Assembly: GCA_014874475.1 (NCBI GenBank)
Contig: JADBJJ010000008.1
Span: forward strand, 104,322-168,321
Direction: 5' to 3'
Source of the DNA: Chloroflexota bacterium
Lineage (GTDB): Bacteria; Chloroflexota; Anaerolineae; B4-G1; DUEL01
DNA length: 64,000 nt
Part shown: positions 27,673-37,628 of the stretch, piece after piece
How the letters are laid out: each line of letters begins with the position of its first letter
Position numbering within the stretch: position 1 is the stretch's first letter
Made by a program: the position numbers and the translations under genes
The notes under the pieces: generated by a model
Databases searched by the model: none
What the model was told of the DNA's origin: nothing
The model's input: only the letters and a program-made list of their open reading frames with translations

Positions 27673-28734
27673 TCACAGAAGCGGCGCAATCAAAAAGATC
27701 CATATATTGATCATCCCGTGGGTCAGCGACACTCCGACGATGGATCGGGTGCGCTGGACAAACCAGCCAAACAACAGCGCTACGCCGAAGACGAAGACAA
27801 CATCAACCAGAGAGCGGTGGCCAATGTGCAAGACAGCAAAGATCGCTGAAACGTAAACCATCCCTTGTCTCCCCATCACCTCTAATGCCACCTGCTGCAT
27901 AATTCCCCGGAAAATCAACTCCTCAATCAGACCAGTAGAAATCAACAAAATCAAGGCCGCTATCAGAAATTCCCCTGGATTCCCTCCCGAAATCAGCGGC
28001 GCCGGTCGTAGAATCCTGTATTCCAGCATCCCCAACGGCAGGCCCAGAAACGGTATCAGCCCCTGCAGCGCGAGCCCCCGCCCGTGAAGTCCCACCTGAT
28101 CCCAGGGTATCTGCAATACCAGGCGTTTCAAAATAAAAGCAGCCACATAGAGAGGCACACTGATGATGAGATACCAGTAGATTAAAGGGACAGACCGCAG
28201 GGGAAGAGAAAGGCTTATCAGACGAATCAGCGGCGCCAGGCTCACTCCCATCCAGAAACGGTAGGTGGGTCGGTCACAACATCGGGCTCCATACATCAGG
28301 GCGCTGATCAACAGAAGACTGTGCAGGAGCAAACCCAACCGGGGCTCCACCAGAGCCGTCAGAATTTCCGCTACCATCAGCAAAACCAGATACCCCAGAG
28401 CAGGAAGCCAGAACGTCCTCCCCGCTTCCTGAGAGGCTGTCGCTTCCAGCGGAGATCGGGAAGGCCCCTCCCCGAGCGCTTCCAGTCCGCGCCGGGCCAG
28501 CGCATTGCGGCGGTTGAGATTCAACGTCTGACGAAGGCAAAATCGCTGTTCCTCCACCGTCTCTACCGCCTGGGCCAGCCAGTACCATCCCTGCTCCCAA
28601 TCCGGATAAGCCCGAACTACCCTTTCAAGAAGTGCACGGGCCCGGTCTCGCTGGCCAGACCGAAGGGCATCTACCGCTCTCTGGATTTGCCCATCCGGAT
28701 CGCTCTTCATTCTTCCACCTTCAGCCACAGCCAC
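27673..28734 (-). CDS. CPBP (CAAX/Abi) family intramembrane metalloprotease with N-terminal TPR-like region
   Basis: EELIFRG, FxxxH and HGxxN motifs. Polytopic. Confidence 0.8.
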   Translation of the reverse strand: MAVAEGGRMKSDPDGQIQRAVDALRSGQRDRARALLERVVRAYPDWEQGWYWLAQAVETVEEQRFCLRQTLNLNRRNALARRGLEALGEGPSRSPLEATASQEAGRTFWLPALGYLVLLMVAEILTALVEPRLGLLLHSLLLISALMYGARCCDRPTYRFWMGVSLAPLIRLISLSLPLRSVPLIYWYLIISVPLYVAAFILKRLVLQIPWDQVGLHGRGLALQGLIPFLGLPLGMLEYRILRPAPLISGGNPGEFLIAALILLISTGLIEELIFRGIMQQVALEVMGRQGMVYVSAIFAVLHIGHRSLVDVVFVFGVALLFGWFVQRTRSIVGVSLTHGMINIWIFLIAPLL

Positions 28735-29549
28735 AGCGTTCGGTAGGGAATGGGCAAGCCGTTCCGGTAGAGAAGAAACGCGACCCGAACGCGGTCTCCA
28801 GCCCGCACCGGGGTGAAGGAAAAAGGCCCTTCGTAAAGCGCACCCGGCTCCAGGCGGACCGGTCCGGCATACCCCAGCAGATAATCACCGTCCACTACCT
28901 CCAGACGGTATTCCATCGTCGTCTCTTCTCCGTTCACAATTCCTACGGTCACCGTCATCGGTCTGCCGACAACACCCCGATAGGGATAGTCTGTTGCCAG
29001 TCCCTCAGGGCCTAAGAGATAAAACTCGGTAACCGGTTCACCCACCCCAGCCAGGCGGACAATCATCAGCAAAAGCAGAAGGTCCAGAGTCAGAAGCCCG
29101 ATCAGCCCTCCATACAGCCAGAAGCGGGGATGAACTCCAGACAAACCGGCAAAGGCCCGGGGCATCATCCACTCCCAGCGGTCGTCCGGTGGCAAAGCAT
29201 GCCAGCGCACCCAGGCCAGAGCGGTTGCCAGAAGAGTGATTCCAACCTCTGCGGTCAAGACAGTTCCCCAGTGAATTCCCCAGGGCAACTGGTCCAGAAT
29301 CAACGCCAGCAGAGGGACCAGCGCCAGACTGATGCCCACCGATAGGGTCAGCCGCTCCACTCCATCCGGGCCGTTCCGACGAGGGAAAAGGGCAGCCTGC
29401 AGCGCATACCCGGGACCACAGAGGACCAACGTCATCCCCAGAAGGAGGCGCGCCGCAGATAGCGGAAGCGGCAACGTCTCGCCCAGGACTGTCAAAATCA
29501 CCAGCAGAACAGAGACCAGAAAGAGAATGATAAACGTATACCGAACCAT
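28707..29549 (-). CDS. DUF1616-like membrane protein
   Basis: N-terminal TM bundle plus a C-terminal beta-rich domain (GYAGPVRLEPGALYEGPFSF). Copy 2 of the recurring motif lies 25-46 nt upstream of its start. Confidence 0.6.
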   Translation of the reverse strand: MVRYTFIILFLVSVLLVILTVLGETLPLPLSAARLLLGMTLVLCGPGYALQAALFPRRNGPDGVERLTLSVGISLALVPLLALILDQLPWGIHWGTVLTAEVGITLLATALAWVRWHALPPDDRWEWMMPRAFAGLSGVHPRFWLYGGLIGLLTLDLLLLLMIVRLAGVGEPVTEFYLLGPEGLATDYPYRGVVGRPMTVTVGIVNGEETTMEYRLEVVDGDYLLGYAGPVRLEPGALYEGPFSFTPVRAGDRVRVAFLLYRNGLPIPYRTLWLWLKVEE

Positions 29550-30809
29550 TCAGTCTCCCATCACGCGTAAGCCACTTTTGGAAGCGCCTGGCACGTTACC
29601 GGCCATTTCCCGATACACTTGAAGGGTCGCCTCCGCCGTCCGCTCCCAGTTGAAGGTCCGGGCCCGCTCCAGGCCCCGGGCCCGCAGTTCCTCCCGCAGA
29701 TGGGGGTCGGTGAGGGCCCGGTACATCGCCTCCGCCCATCCCTCCTCGTCTGTGGGGGAGACCAGCAGGGCTGCGTTCCCAGCGACCTCCGGCAGGGATG
29801 CGGCGTCCGAGCAGACGACGGGCGTCCCGCAGGCCATCGCTTCCAGAACGGGCAGACCAAAGCCCTCATAGAGCGAAGGGAAGACAAAGAGCGCCGCACG
29901 GTTGTAGAAGAGGACCAGGTCCTCATCCGGGACAGCGAAGAAATGGAGAACAGCGTCCGCCAGACCCAGTTCCTGAATCTGTCTCTCCAGTGCGCGAGCC
30001 TGAGGAAGGTGCTGAATCGCGCCGATCCGGATGAGCCGGGTATCGGGCATCTCCCGGTTTAGGCGCGCAAAGGCCCGCAGCAGGAAGGGCAGATTTTTGC
30101 GGGGGTTCTCCGAGCCCACATATACCACATAGCGGTAGCGGCTATCCAGACCATAACGGGCATCAAAATCGGGTGGAACTGGGCGAGGGCGGAAGACAGC
30201 GGGGTCTATGCCCAGGGGGACTATCCTTATCCGTTCCGCGGGATACCCGAGAGTCTGGACAACCGTCTCTCGTGTATGGGCTGAATCAGCGATCAGCGCA
30301 TTCGCCCGACAAAGAGCGCGCGTCGCCAGTATATCCAGCCACTCCTCCCAGCGGCTCCGGTACACTCGCAGTTTTCGATCGTGACGGGTCAGATAGGGGA
30401 CAATGTCATGGACGGTCACCACGACCGGATGCAGGTCCGGTCGGAGCCACAGGAGCATCGCCATCTGCTGAGCGGTCAGATGGGTCAGGACGCCGGGTTT
30501 CAGATCCGCCGCCAGCGGATAAGTGGTGAAGAACGTCCGGATATCCCATCCCAGGGGCCGCGCCAGGTAGTGAACAGCCTGCACAGGCCAGGGGTAATGC
30601 GGGGTCACCAGACGGAATGAAACGCCCGCCCGCTCCAGCGCCTCGCAAAGCGAAGCGGTATAGCGGGCCAGGCCAATCCGATGGCGATATGGGCGCACCA
30701 GAAGTTGCACCACTGTTTTCTCTCCCTGACCTACGTGCCGTCTCTTGCCTGGCGGCAAACCGAAGGGATCAATCGCGAAGCCCCTCCCGGGAGCAGGAAA
30801 AACCGTCAC
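29550..30809 (-). CDS. glycosyltransferase family 4
   Basis: GT4 C-terminal EX7E region (FVFPSLYEGFGLPVLEAMACGTPVV). Confidence 0.85.
   Translation of the reverse strand: MTVFPAPGRGFAIDPFGLPPGKRRHVGQGEKTVVQLLVRPYRHRIGLARYTASLCEALERAGVSFRLVTPHYPWPVQAVHYLARPLGWDIRTFFTTYPLAADLKPGVLTHLTAQQMAMLLWLRPDLHPVVVTVHDIVPYLTRHDRKLRVYRSRWEEWLDILATRALCRANALIADSAHTRETVVQTLGYPAERIRIVPLGIDPAVFRPRPVPPDFDARYGLDSRYRYVVYVGSENPRKNLPFLLRAFARLNREMPDTRLIRIGAIQHLPQARALERQIQELGLADAVLHFFAVPDEDLVLFYNRAALFVFPSLYEGFGLPVLEAMACGTPVVCSDAASLPEVAGNAALLVSPTDEEGWAEAMYRALTDPHLREELRARGLERARTFNWERTAEATLQVYREMAGNVPGASKSGLRVMGD
29574..29595 (-). promoter_or_regulatory. copy 2 of the recurring motif GTGCCAGGC-N6-AAAAGTG (read on the minus strand)
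   Basis: Minus-strand sequence ACGTGCCAGGCGCTTCCAAAAGTGGC, 25-46 nt upstream of the DUF1616 start. Matches copy 3 at 22 of 25 positions. Confidence 0.35.
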
Positions 30810-31861
30810 ACCCGCATAAGCGCCTTCAAGGCTATACGCCAGTTCAGGTAGAAAAGGGCCTCACATAGGGCAATCAATCGTCGCCCCACCCACCCGCCGG
30901 TTATGACGTGGGGCGTCAAACGCCACTCCCGCGCGGCCAGGAGGGCCACGTCCCCCACCCTGCTCCTCCGCCGGGCCTCAGCCCGAAGCCCGGGAAGCAC
31001 CCGGATATGGGCCAACAGCCAGAAATGGGCGCGCGCTTTCGCAGAAATCCCGTTCCACCCTCGCAACAGCGCCAGCCCCCATTCCATTAGGTCCGCCAGG
31101 AGCAGAGCAGGCCCCAGAAGCAACAGGGTCCGCCCATCCCAGTTGCGCCATACCGTCAGCCAGCGGTTGCGGAAGGAACAGTACAGAGCCAGAGGCGACG
31201 GACGGTCCAGACGGCCCGCGTGGCAAACGACCGACGCTGGAACGTGTACGCACCGGTACCCGGCCCTTGCGGCCCGCCAGGAAAGGTCCGTCTCTTCGTA
31301 GTACATGTAAAACATCTCAGCAAAGCCCCCCAATTCCTCCCATACTTTCCGGCGGATGGCGAAGGCAGTGCCCGACACTGCGGCGACGTCAGCGGGCTGT
31401 GCTCCCGAAAGGGTCGCCCGCAAGGCATAAAAGTTGCGAGCGAAGACCAGCCCTGTGTAGTGGACATCCTGACCGCAGGATTGAATCCGCTCCTGGTCGT
31501 CCATCCAGAGGATGGTGGGGGTGGTCAGGCCCACCGCTGGATCCCGGAACGGTTCCAACAGGGGCTCCAGCCAGCCAGGTTCAGTGCGGGTATCCTGGTT
31601 GAGGAAGACCAGAATTTCCCCCCCTGCCACTGCGGCGCCCTGGTTGCATGCGGCTGCGAAGCCCCGATTGGTCTTATTGATCAGCAGGCGGGCCTCCGGC
31701 ATCTGCTCCCGAACCAGGGCCACGCTCCCGTCGGTGGATCCGTTATCCACAATCACTACTTCGGCATTGGCGGGAAGCGTCCGCCGCAGAGAGCCCAGGC
31801 AACCCTCCAGGTAGGGCCGCCCATTGTAGACCACGATGATAACGCTGACGGTTCGCTCCAT
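30806..31861 (-). CDS. glycosyltransferase family 2
   Basis: VSVIIVVYNG...DNGSTDG and the DxD region. Paralog of the gene at 42031-43068. Confidence 0.85.
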   Translation of the reverse strand: MERTVSVIIVVYNGRPYLEGCLGSLRRTLPANAEVVIVDNGSTDGSVALVREQMPEARLLINKTNRGFAAACNQGAAVAGGEILVFLNQDTRTEPGWLEPLLEPFRDPAVGLTTPTILWMDDQERIQSCGQDVHYTGLVFARNFYALRATLSGAQPADVAAVSGTAFAIRRKVWEELGGFAEMFYMYYEETDLSWRAARAGYRCVHVPASVVCHAGRLDRPSPLALYCSFRNRWLTVWRNWDGRTLLLLGPALLLADLMEWGLALLRGWNGISAKARAHFWLLAHIRVLPGLRAEARRRSRVGDVALLAAREWRLTPHVITGGWVGRRLIALCEALFYLNWRIALKALMRV

Positions 31862-31923
31862 TTTCTTTTGCAACCGGATTGGCGGCAGGCGGCTTCGCCG
31901 CCCGTTGCAAACCGTAACCCTTC

Positions 31924-33489
31924 TCAACGAGCACGATAGATAATCGCAGAGTGGTTATCGTAAATCCGATTATAGAAAAAGACGTCCGGTAATTCAGTGC
32001 CCGTCCTCCAGGCCCGCAAGACCGTAGTTTCGGAGAGGATAAAATAAACAGTCCGGTCATCCGGATGGCCCCACTTGGGCCGCAAACGGCGGGTCTTCCA
32101 GAGGCTATCGGCCTCTCCCAGTGCCACCAGTCGCTCGTCCATCCCCATCCAGACCCCCGCGTTCTCTCCGCGCTGTCCCAGCCACCTCACCGCCCGGCGT
32201 TCCGGGTCGGTGTGGAAGACCCAGTTGTAACTCAGGAGCGGTTCGTTGGTCACCTTCAGCAAAGAAGCCAGCGAGAAGACCGTCACCAAAACCGCCATCC
32301 CACCAGAAAGCAACGCTCGCGCGGCCATAGGCCGACCAGAGACCCAGCGGGCCACCCCCTCTACCGCTTCCGCTGCCAGAGGGATAGCCACCACCATCAG
32401 GTGGGGGAACATCCGCACCTGCATATTCGCCGAGAGCACCCCAGAGAGGTCCAGAACCACCGAAATCGCCAGCAACAGGCCGAAACCGCCATAGAGCAGC
32501 CACAGGAACAGTTGGCTGGGAGATAGTTCCTCCCGTCCTTCCACAATCCGCTTCGCCCGCAGAAGCCAGAAACTGAAAGATAACAGAAGGACTATCCAGT
32601 TAAAGAAGGTCAGCGCGATGTATACCCCATCGCTAACCCACGCAGCCCGGACATACCGGTACGGGTTGGTCACTGTCTCTACCCCCAAAAACAGCAGCGC
32701 GACCTGGTCCACGATGGAGCGCAGGATGGAGAGTTGGCCTCCAGCAGGCGGGTAGATGTGATAGATGACGACATACAGTAGAACAGAGCAGGAAAGAGTC
32801 ACATAGAGCAGGCGCGTCAGCGGACTCCATCTCCCTGCCTCTCTGTGACCCCACCGCCGCCACAGCCACCATCCCAAAAACGAGCAGGCAATGGCAAAGA
32901 GGTAACTGGACGCGAAGAACGCGCTGCTGGTGGTCAGCCCGAAAGCGAAGAGGTAACTGAGGACCACCCATTTGCCGATAGACTGTCCTGATTCGGCTGC
33001 GCGGAAACTGGCAGCGAGGGCATAGAGCAGGCCCAGAGCCATTGCCCAGGTCAGTTTGGCATGGCTACTGCGCGCGGACTCAAAGAGAAATTCCGGTTGC
33101 AGGAACAACATCAGAGAGGCCAGCATCGCGGTCGCCGGGCGCCCCGTCAGGTTTCGGTAGGCAGCAAAGGCCAACGGGACCAGCAGGACAACCAGAAACG
33201 GCTGCACGTAGACCTGCAGGGTGGGGATGGAGAGTCCCGTCAGATGGGAAAGGAATACGTTGAGGGCCGGGTAGCCGTAGCCAAAGGGATATATCTCCGG
33301 GGGCAAAATGGTTCCCTCGGCGTAGATGGCCTCCGCCGCGACGGTCAATCGGGCGTCATCGGTAGATGTCCACTTCCAGAGAAAGCGCGCACCGATGTAC
33401 CCCGCCGCCAGGAGAACGTACCCCGCCAGAAGAAAGAGGTACCACCCGGTCGGTTGTCGGCCCAAGACTCGACGCTCATCTGCGCCCAT
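31924..33489 (-). CDS. polytopic membrane protein, putative glycan polymerase/ligase-like
   Basis: 521 aa with at least 10 TM helices and a C-terminal soluble tail. Embedded among GTs and the flippase. No specific family recognised. Confidence 0.5.
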   Translation of the reverse strand: MGADERRVLGRQPTGWYLFLLAGYVLLAAGYIGARFLWKWTSTDDARLTVAAEAIYAEGTILPPEIYPFGYGYPALNVFLSHLTGLSIPTLQVYVQPFLVVLLVPLAFAAYRNLTGRPATAMLASLMLFLQPEFLFESARSSHAKLTWAMALGLLYALAASFRAAESGQSIGKWVVLSYLFAFGLTTSSAFFASSYLFAIACSFLGWWLWRRWGHREAGRWSPLTRLLYVTLSCSVLLYVVIYHIYPPAGGQLSILRSIVDQVALLFLGVETVTNPYRYVRAAWVSDGVYIALTFFNWIVLLLSFSFWLLRAKRIVEGREELSPSQLFLWLLYGGFGLLLAISVVLDLSGVLSANMQVRMFPHLMVVAIPLAAEAVEGVARWVSGRPMAARALLSGGMAVLVTVFSLASLLKVTNEPLLSYNWVFHTDPERRAVRWLGQRGENAGVWMGMDERLVALGEADSLWKTRRLRPKWGHPDDRTVYFILSETTVLRAWRTGTELPDVFFYNRIYDNHSAIIYRAR

Positions 33490-35998
33490 CTACCGCATCC
33501 CTCCCCAGATTCCAGAGAATGATCAACCCACCCGCCAGCAGGACAATGCCAGCCAGCAGGCCCGCCACCATGGCCCGGACCCGGGGGGCCAGGGCCAGGA
33601 ACGAGTAGACGTAGAAAGACGGCCGCCGGGCGACGTTGACTTTTGTCATCCCCAGCAGAACGGGCTCTCCCTCCCCTCCGTCACAGCGGGCCATCACGGC
33701 GACGTTCCAGGTCCCCGCCGTGGACGGGCGCCATCCCCAGAGCATCTCCCGCTCCGCCTCGCCAGGAAGCACAGAGAGGGTGGATGTGAGGACCAGCCGG
33801 GCTCCCCGCGGCCCCTCCAGGCGCGCGCAGAGGGGAATCTGACGGGCATCCTCCAGGCCGAAGTTGCGGAGAAGGGCCCGTATGGTAGCCACCTCCCCCT
33901 CCCGCACCGTCCCCACTTCCAGGGATACCAGCCCCAGCGCGGCGGGGGTCAGCGGCCGCACTGACCAGCGCCCCTCCTCCCAGATAACCCGGTAGGCTCC
34001 GGGGGCCGAGGGGGGCATAAAGCCCTCCACAAGGCCGGAAGCCACCTGCGCGCCGGGACCAACGTTCAGGACGAACCGGAATCCCCGTCCGGTCACTTGC
34101 AGGTCCTGCACCGACGCACCGATCAACCGCGTCTCGGGGCCCTCCCAGCGGGCCAGAATACCCCGGAGGTCATCGGCAGATACCGGAGCCGGCTGCTGGT
34201 TCAGTCGCTCCTGCAGAGCCTGCCACTCAACAAAGTTCCGGGGCGGAAGGACGGTGAAGGCCACCAGAGCCACATCGGCCCGCTTCAGAACAACTTCACC
34301 GTCTCCACTGTAGAGGAGAAATCCGGGCAATACGTTCAGTTGGCGCACCCGCCCATCCGGCGCCACGTACTCCCACTGGTCCAGATACCCATCCCGGTTC
34401 CGGTCTGCATAGCGGACCCGGGCCTGCTCGTCCACGTTCCAGACACCACCCTGCGCACCGAGGAGATGCAATCGCCCGTCCACCGGGCTCCAGTACAACA
34501 TCGGGCGACCCACCGGCTCCGTAGCGTACTCGCCCCGCATTCCCCGGCGGATGTCGGCATAGTTCGCCAGCGGGGGTTCTTCTATCAGGTTGGTCAAGTA
34601 GAGATCCCGCAGGCCCGAGGGCTCCACCAACTGACCGTCCCGGAATCCCCGGTTGACGTTCCAATCGCCTATCCCCTCCGTGCTCCAGTACCCACCGCGC
34701 TCCGCCGCAACAAAGGTCGCGACCGCCCAGTACCGGCTCGTCACCCAATCCGGTATCTCCTCGTAGGGCACTGTCCGGACGGCAAAGTCCAGAAACGCTA
34801 CCACGTCGGTGACGGGATGGAACCCCGCCACACTTATCTCGTAGTCCCAACGGCCATCGTTGTTCTGGTCCCAGGAATAATCGGCCTGAACAACGGGCCG
34901 GGTAAGGCCTCCGCGCCGCGCTACTTCCTGGGAGAAAGTAGAATCCCCGGCTGCGAAGACCTCAAACCGGACCATCAATTCGGGGCGGCCATCGGCGTCC
35001 CCAGCCAGGTCGTAGTAGGCCATAGGGTTCTCAAAATTGGCATAGTTGACCTCCTCCCTCTGCCAGCGAGTCCAACTGTTAATGTGGTATCCCTGCTCCG
35101 TAGGATACCCCAGGATCCCCACGCGGTCTATCTGAGCCCGACCCCAGTCTACGGTAACCACAGGCGGGCGGTCAAAGTAGTTGTACGCCTCGTAGTTGTG
35201 TTTCCCCACCAGGAGAGGCCAGAAAAGGGCATCCGGATAGGGTTCCGGGGGACGGGGTCTCCGGTTCACATACAGGGTGGACCGAAAGATGTTGACATCC
35301 GGCGGGGAGAGGGCCAGCAGCCGCTGGAGTTGGTAATCGGCGATGCCATCGCCGTCCACGTCCACGACCTCCAGTTCCCAGTCTACCCCGCCATCTGTCG
35401 TCGCGCCCCTGCTGGCCCACTCAGGAGCCACAGCAGCCTCCCCCCACTCCAGGTAGCGCAGGATGTAACCATCTATGTGGAAGACCAGGGCCGGATTGAC
35501 TCGGTTGCCCGGAAGAAACCAGTCGGAACGGGCCATCACCCGGACGTGCCAGGGGGAGGATTCGGTCACCTTCACGGAGCCGGGCCCCATTCGGTAGGAG
35601 ACCTGCCCATCGCCGTTCCGGTCGTCGTAGAGGTCGGCCAGAAGGCGCTCCCCCTCCTGCATGAACATCAGGACCAGTTGGGCTGTCCCATCGGCCCCTA
35701 CATCAAAAATCCAGACGTCGTCGCGGAAATCGGCGACGGCCAGGACATCCAATCCAGTCCCCATATTCCCCGCGCGGTCCACGATGAGAATGCGGTCACG
35801 GGCCGAGGCGAAGGCGCAATCCACGATGGTCAGGTCCGGGCGACCGTCACCGGTCAGGTCGGACTGGGTGACGCCGAAGACAGGGATGCCCGTCTGGGCC
35901 TGGACGGGCTCCGGCGAGAGCACCATTCCGCCGACCAGCGCCAGCAAGGCCACCACGCCGGTGAAAGATGCCCGTTTGGGAGATGCATTTGCTTTCAT
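33476..35998 (-). CDS. secreted repeat protein with FG-GAP/calcium-binding-like D-x-D-G-D motifs and a C-terminal TM anchor
   Basis: Signal peptide (ALLALVGGMVLSPEPVQAQ). Motifs DLTGDGRPD, DRNGDGQV, DVDGDGIAD, DQNNDGRWD. C-terminal hydrophobic helix plus RR. Confidence 0.7.
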   Translation of the reverse strand: MKANASPKRASFTGVVALLALVGGMVLSPEPVQAQTGIPVFGVTQSDLTGDGRPDLTIVDCAFASARDRILIVDRAGNMGTGLDVLAVADFRDDVWIFDVGADGTAQLVLMFMQEGERLLADLYDDRNGDGQVSYRMGPGSVKVTESSPWHVRVMARSDWFLPGNRVNPALVFHIDGYILRYLEWGEAAVAPEWASRGATTDGGVDWELEVVDVDGDGIADYQLQRLLALSPPDVNIFRSTLYVNRRPRPPEPYPDALFWPLLVGKHNYEAYNYFDRPPVVTVDWGRAQIDRVGILGYPTEQGYHINSWTRWQREEVNYANFENPMAYYDLAGDADGRPELMVRFEVFAAGDSTFSQEVARRGGLTRPVVQADYSWDQNNDGRWDYEISVAGFHPVTDVVAFLDFAVRTVPYEEIPDWVTSRYWAVATFVAAERGGYWSTEGIGDWNVNRGFRDGQLVEPSGLRDLYLTNLIEEPPLANYADIRRGMRGEYATEPVGRPMLYWSPVDGRLHLLGAQGGVWNVDEQARVRYADRNRDGYLDQWEYVAPDGRVRQLNVLPGFLLYSGDGEVVLKRADVALVAFTVLPPRNFVEWQALQERLNQQPAPVSADDLRGILARWEGPETRLIGASVQDLQVTGRGFRFVLNVGPGAQVASGLVEGFMPPSAPGAYRVIWEEGRWSVRPLTPAALGLVSLEVGTVREGEVATIRALLRNFGLEDARQIPLCARLEGPRGARLVLTSTLSVLPGEAEREMLWGWRPSTAGTWNVAVMARCDGGEGEPVLLGMTKVNVARRPSFYVYSFLALAPRVRAMVAGLLAGIVLLAGGLIILWNLGRDAVDGRR

Positions 35999-36158
35999 AG
36001 TCCCGACTGAACTTCCTGGCCTCCCTATCTTCTCCGCCTCATCCCCGATCCTGTTATCTCCACCCTCTGTAGGGCCTGAGATGGGCCTGCGCTGATCCTA
36101 TAGCCCGGCGTCAACCTTCGCTGGCGTCGGGCGCAAAGCGCTCCAGAAGGCCGATTCT

Positions 36159-37628
36159 TCAATCAGTGCCTCCAGCGGCCCGACGAAAACGGGATATCCC
36201 CTTTCTCCCATCCCCTTTGCCGAAGGGGAGAGGGATAACCCCGCTCCCTACTATGACAATCAGGTAGGCAACTAGCGCAGGGGCCAGATAGGCCAGGGCG
36301 ATGGGACCCGTCGCCTCTCGGGCGGGCCAGAGGGCCAACGCCATCGCCCCCGCCGCGACCAGGAAGGGGACCCAGAGTCTCCGCCGCAGAGTAAGGGGCG
36401 GTTGTCCCAGGACGTGCCGACTCAGCAGAACGGATTGGACGACCTCCCGCGCCAGCACCGCTCCGGCAGCCCCCAACGCCCCCCAACGGGGGACCAGAAC
36501 CGCCGCAAGGGCGAAAGAAAGAAGCAAAGACGCCATCGTCGTACGGGCAATTGTTCCCTGCTCTCCCCGCGCGATCAGGACCTGCCAGAAATAGGCGTTC
36601 AGAAATACCGCGACCGCCCCTGCACCCAGGATCCGCAGAGCAGGTGCGGCGGGCAGGAAGGGCGCGCCATAGAGCAACACCATCAGAAAAGGGGCGAGCA
36701 AAGTCATCGTCAGCCCGATCCCGATTCCAGGGACCAGCATCCAGAGCAGTCCCTGGTCGCGCAAGCGAGCGAACGCCGTCTCATCCCGCCCGGACAGAAA
36801 GGAAAGGCGGGGCAAAAAAGCCGCCGCCATCAGGCCGACTGACCGGGCAAGCATCATCAGGCCGACTGCCGCGTTGTATAGCCCCACCTCCTGCGCGGGC
36901 CGGAAAAGGGAAAGGATAAGGGTATCCAGTCGCATATTCAGGCCGACAAGGGTGAACGTCAACCCCAGCGGGAGGGCAGAAACCACGATTTCCCGCGCCA
37001 GGCGGGCCTCCCAGCCGAAGGGGCGGGCCAGCCGCCCCGCCCATATCCCGGCGAGAGCCAGCGCCAGCGCCTCCGCCCCCACCATCGCCCACAGCGCCTT
37101 CTGGACCGATAGGGAAAGAAACAGGACTCCCCCCACTCCGGCCAGCGCCAACCCATTCTCCACTCCCTGGACGGCCGCGTCCAGGTCCATCCGTTCCAAG
37201 CCGCGCAGGACCGACCGGAAGAGGTTAATCAGCCCACGGATGCCAATGACGAGGGCCGCCGGAAGCAGGAGGGCGCGGACTTCTGGCGAATATCCCAGGG
37301 CCTTGCCCGTGCCGAGGATCAGCAGGATGAGAACCGGGAACCAGAGCAGCGCAGAGGTCAGCGCGCTGAGGACCACGCGCCCGGCCCGATCAGGATTGCG
37401 GGCAACCTCTCTGGGGATAACGCTATCCAGGCCCATCAGAGCCGTGTAGGTGAAAGCCAGGGCCAGGGAGAAGGCTGTCGCGTAGAGGCCGTATTCGTGT
37501 GGCCCGACCGCCCGGGCCAGCAGAAGCCCCATCGCTGCCGCCAGGGCCTGGGCTGCGAGATTGCCCACCAGCAGCCAGAGCATATTGCGCACCAGCCCTC
37601 GCTGACTCCCAACCCACTCCCCTTCCAC
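36159..37628 (-). CDS. Wzx-type oligosaccharide flippase (MOP superfamily polysaccharide biosynthesis protein)
   Basis: 489 aa, about 14 TM. Typical Wzx N-terminal region. Confidence 0.8.
   Translation of the reverse strand: MEGEWVGSQRGLVRNMLWLLVGNLAAQALAAAMGLLLARAVGPHEYGLYATAFSLALAFTYTALMGLDSVIPREVARNPDRAGRVVLSALTSALLWFPVLILLILGTGKALGYSPEVRALLLPAALVIGIRGLINLFRSVLRGLERMDLDAAVQGVENGLALAGVGGVLFLSLSVQKALWAMVGAEALALALAGIWAGRLARPFGWEARLAREIVVSALPLGLTFTLVGLNMRLDTLILSLFRPAQEVGLYNAAVGLMMLARSVGLMAAAFLPRLSFLSGRDETAFARLRDQGLLWMLVPGIGIGLTMTLLAPFLMVLLYGAPFLPAAPALRILGAGAVAVFLNAYFWQVLIARGEQGTIARTTMASLLLSFALAAVLVPRWGALGAAGAVLAREVVQSVLLSRHVLGQPPLTLRRRLWVPFLVAAGAMALALWPAREATGPIALAYLAPALVAYLIVIVGSGVIPLPFGKGDGRKGISRFRRAAGGTD

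Noticed and set aside
29574-29600. Sigma-54 (-24/-12) promoter reading of the TGGCACG present on the plus strand of motif copies 2 and 3
   Set aside because: The GC of the -12 element is mis-spaced in copy 3. In both cases the promoter would fire antisense into coding sequence with no downstream gene. The motif orientation is better explained as an element on the minus (coding) strand.
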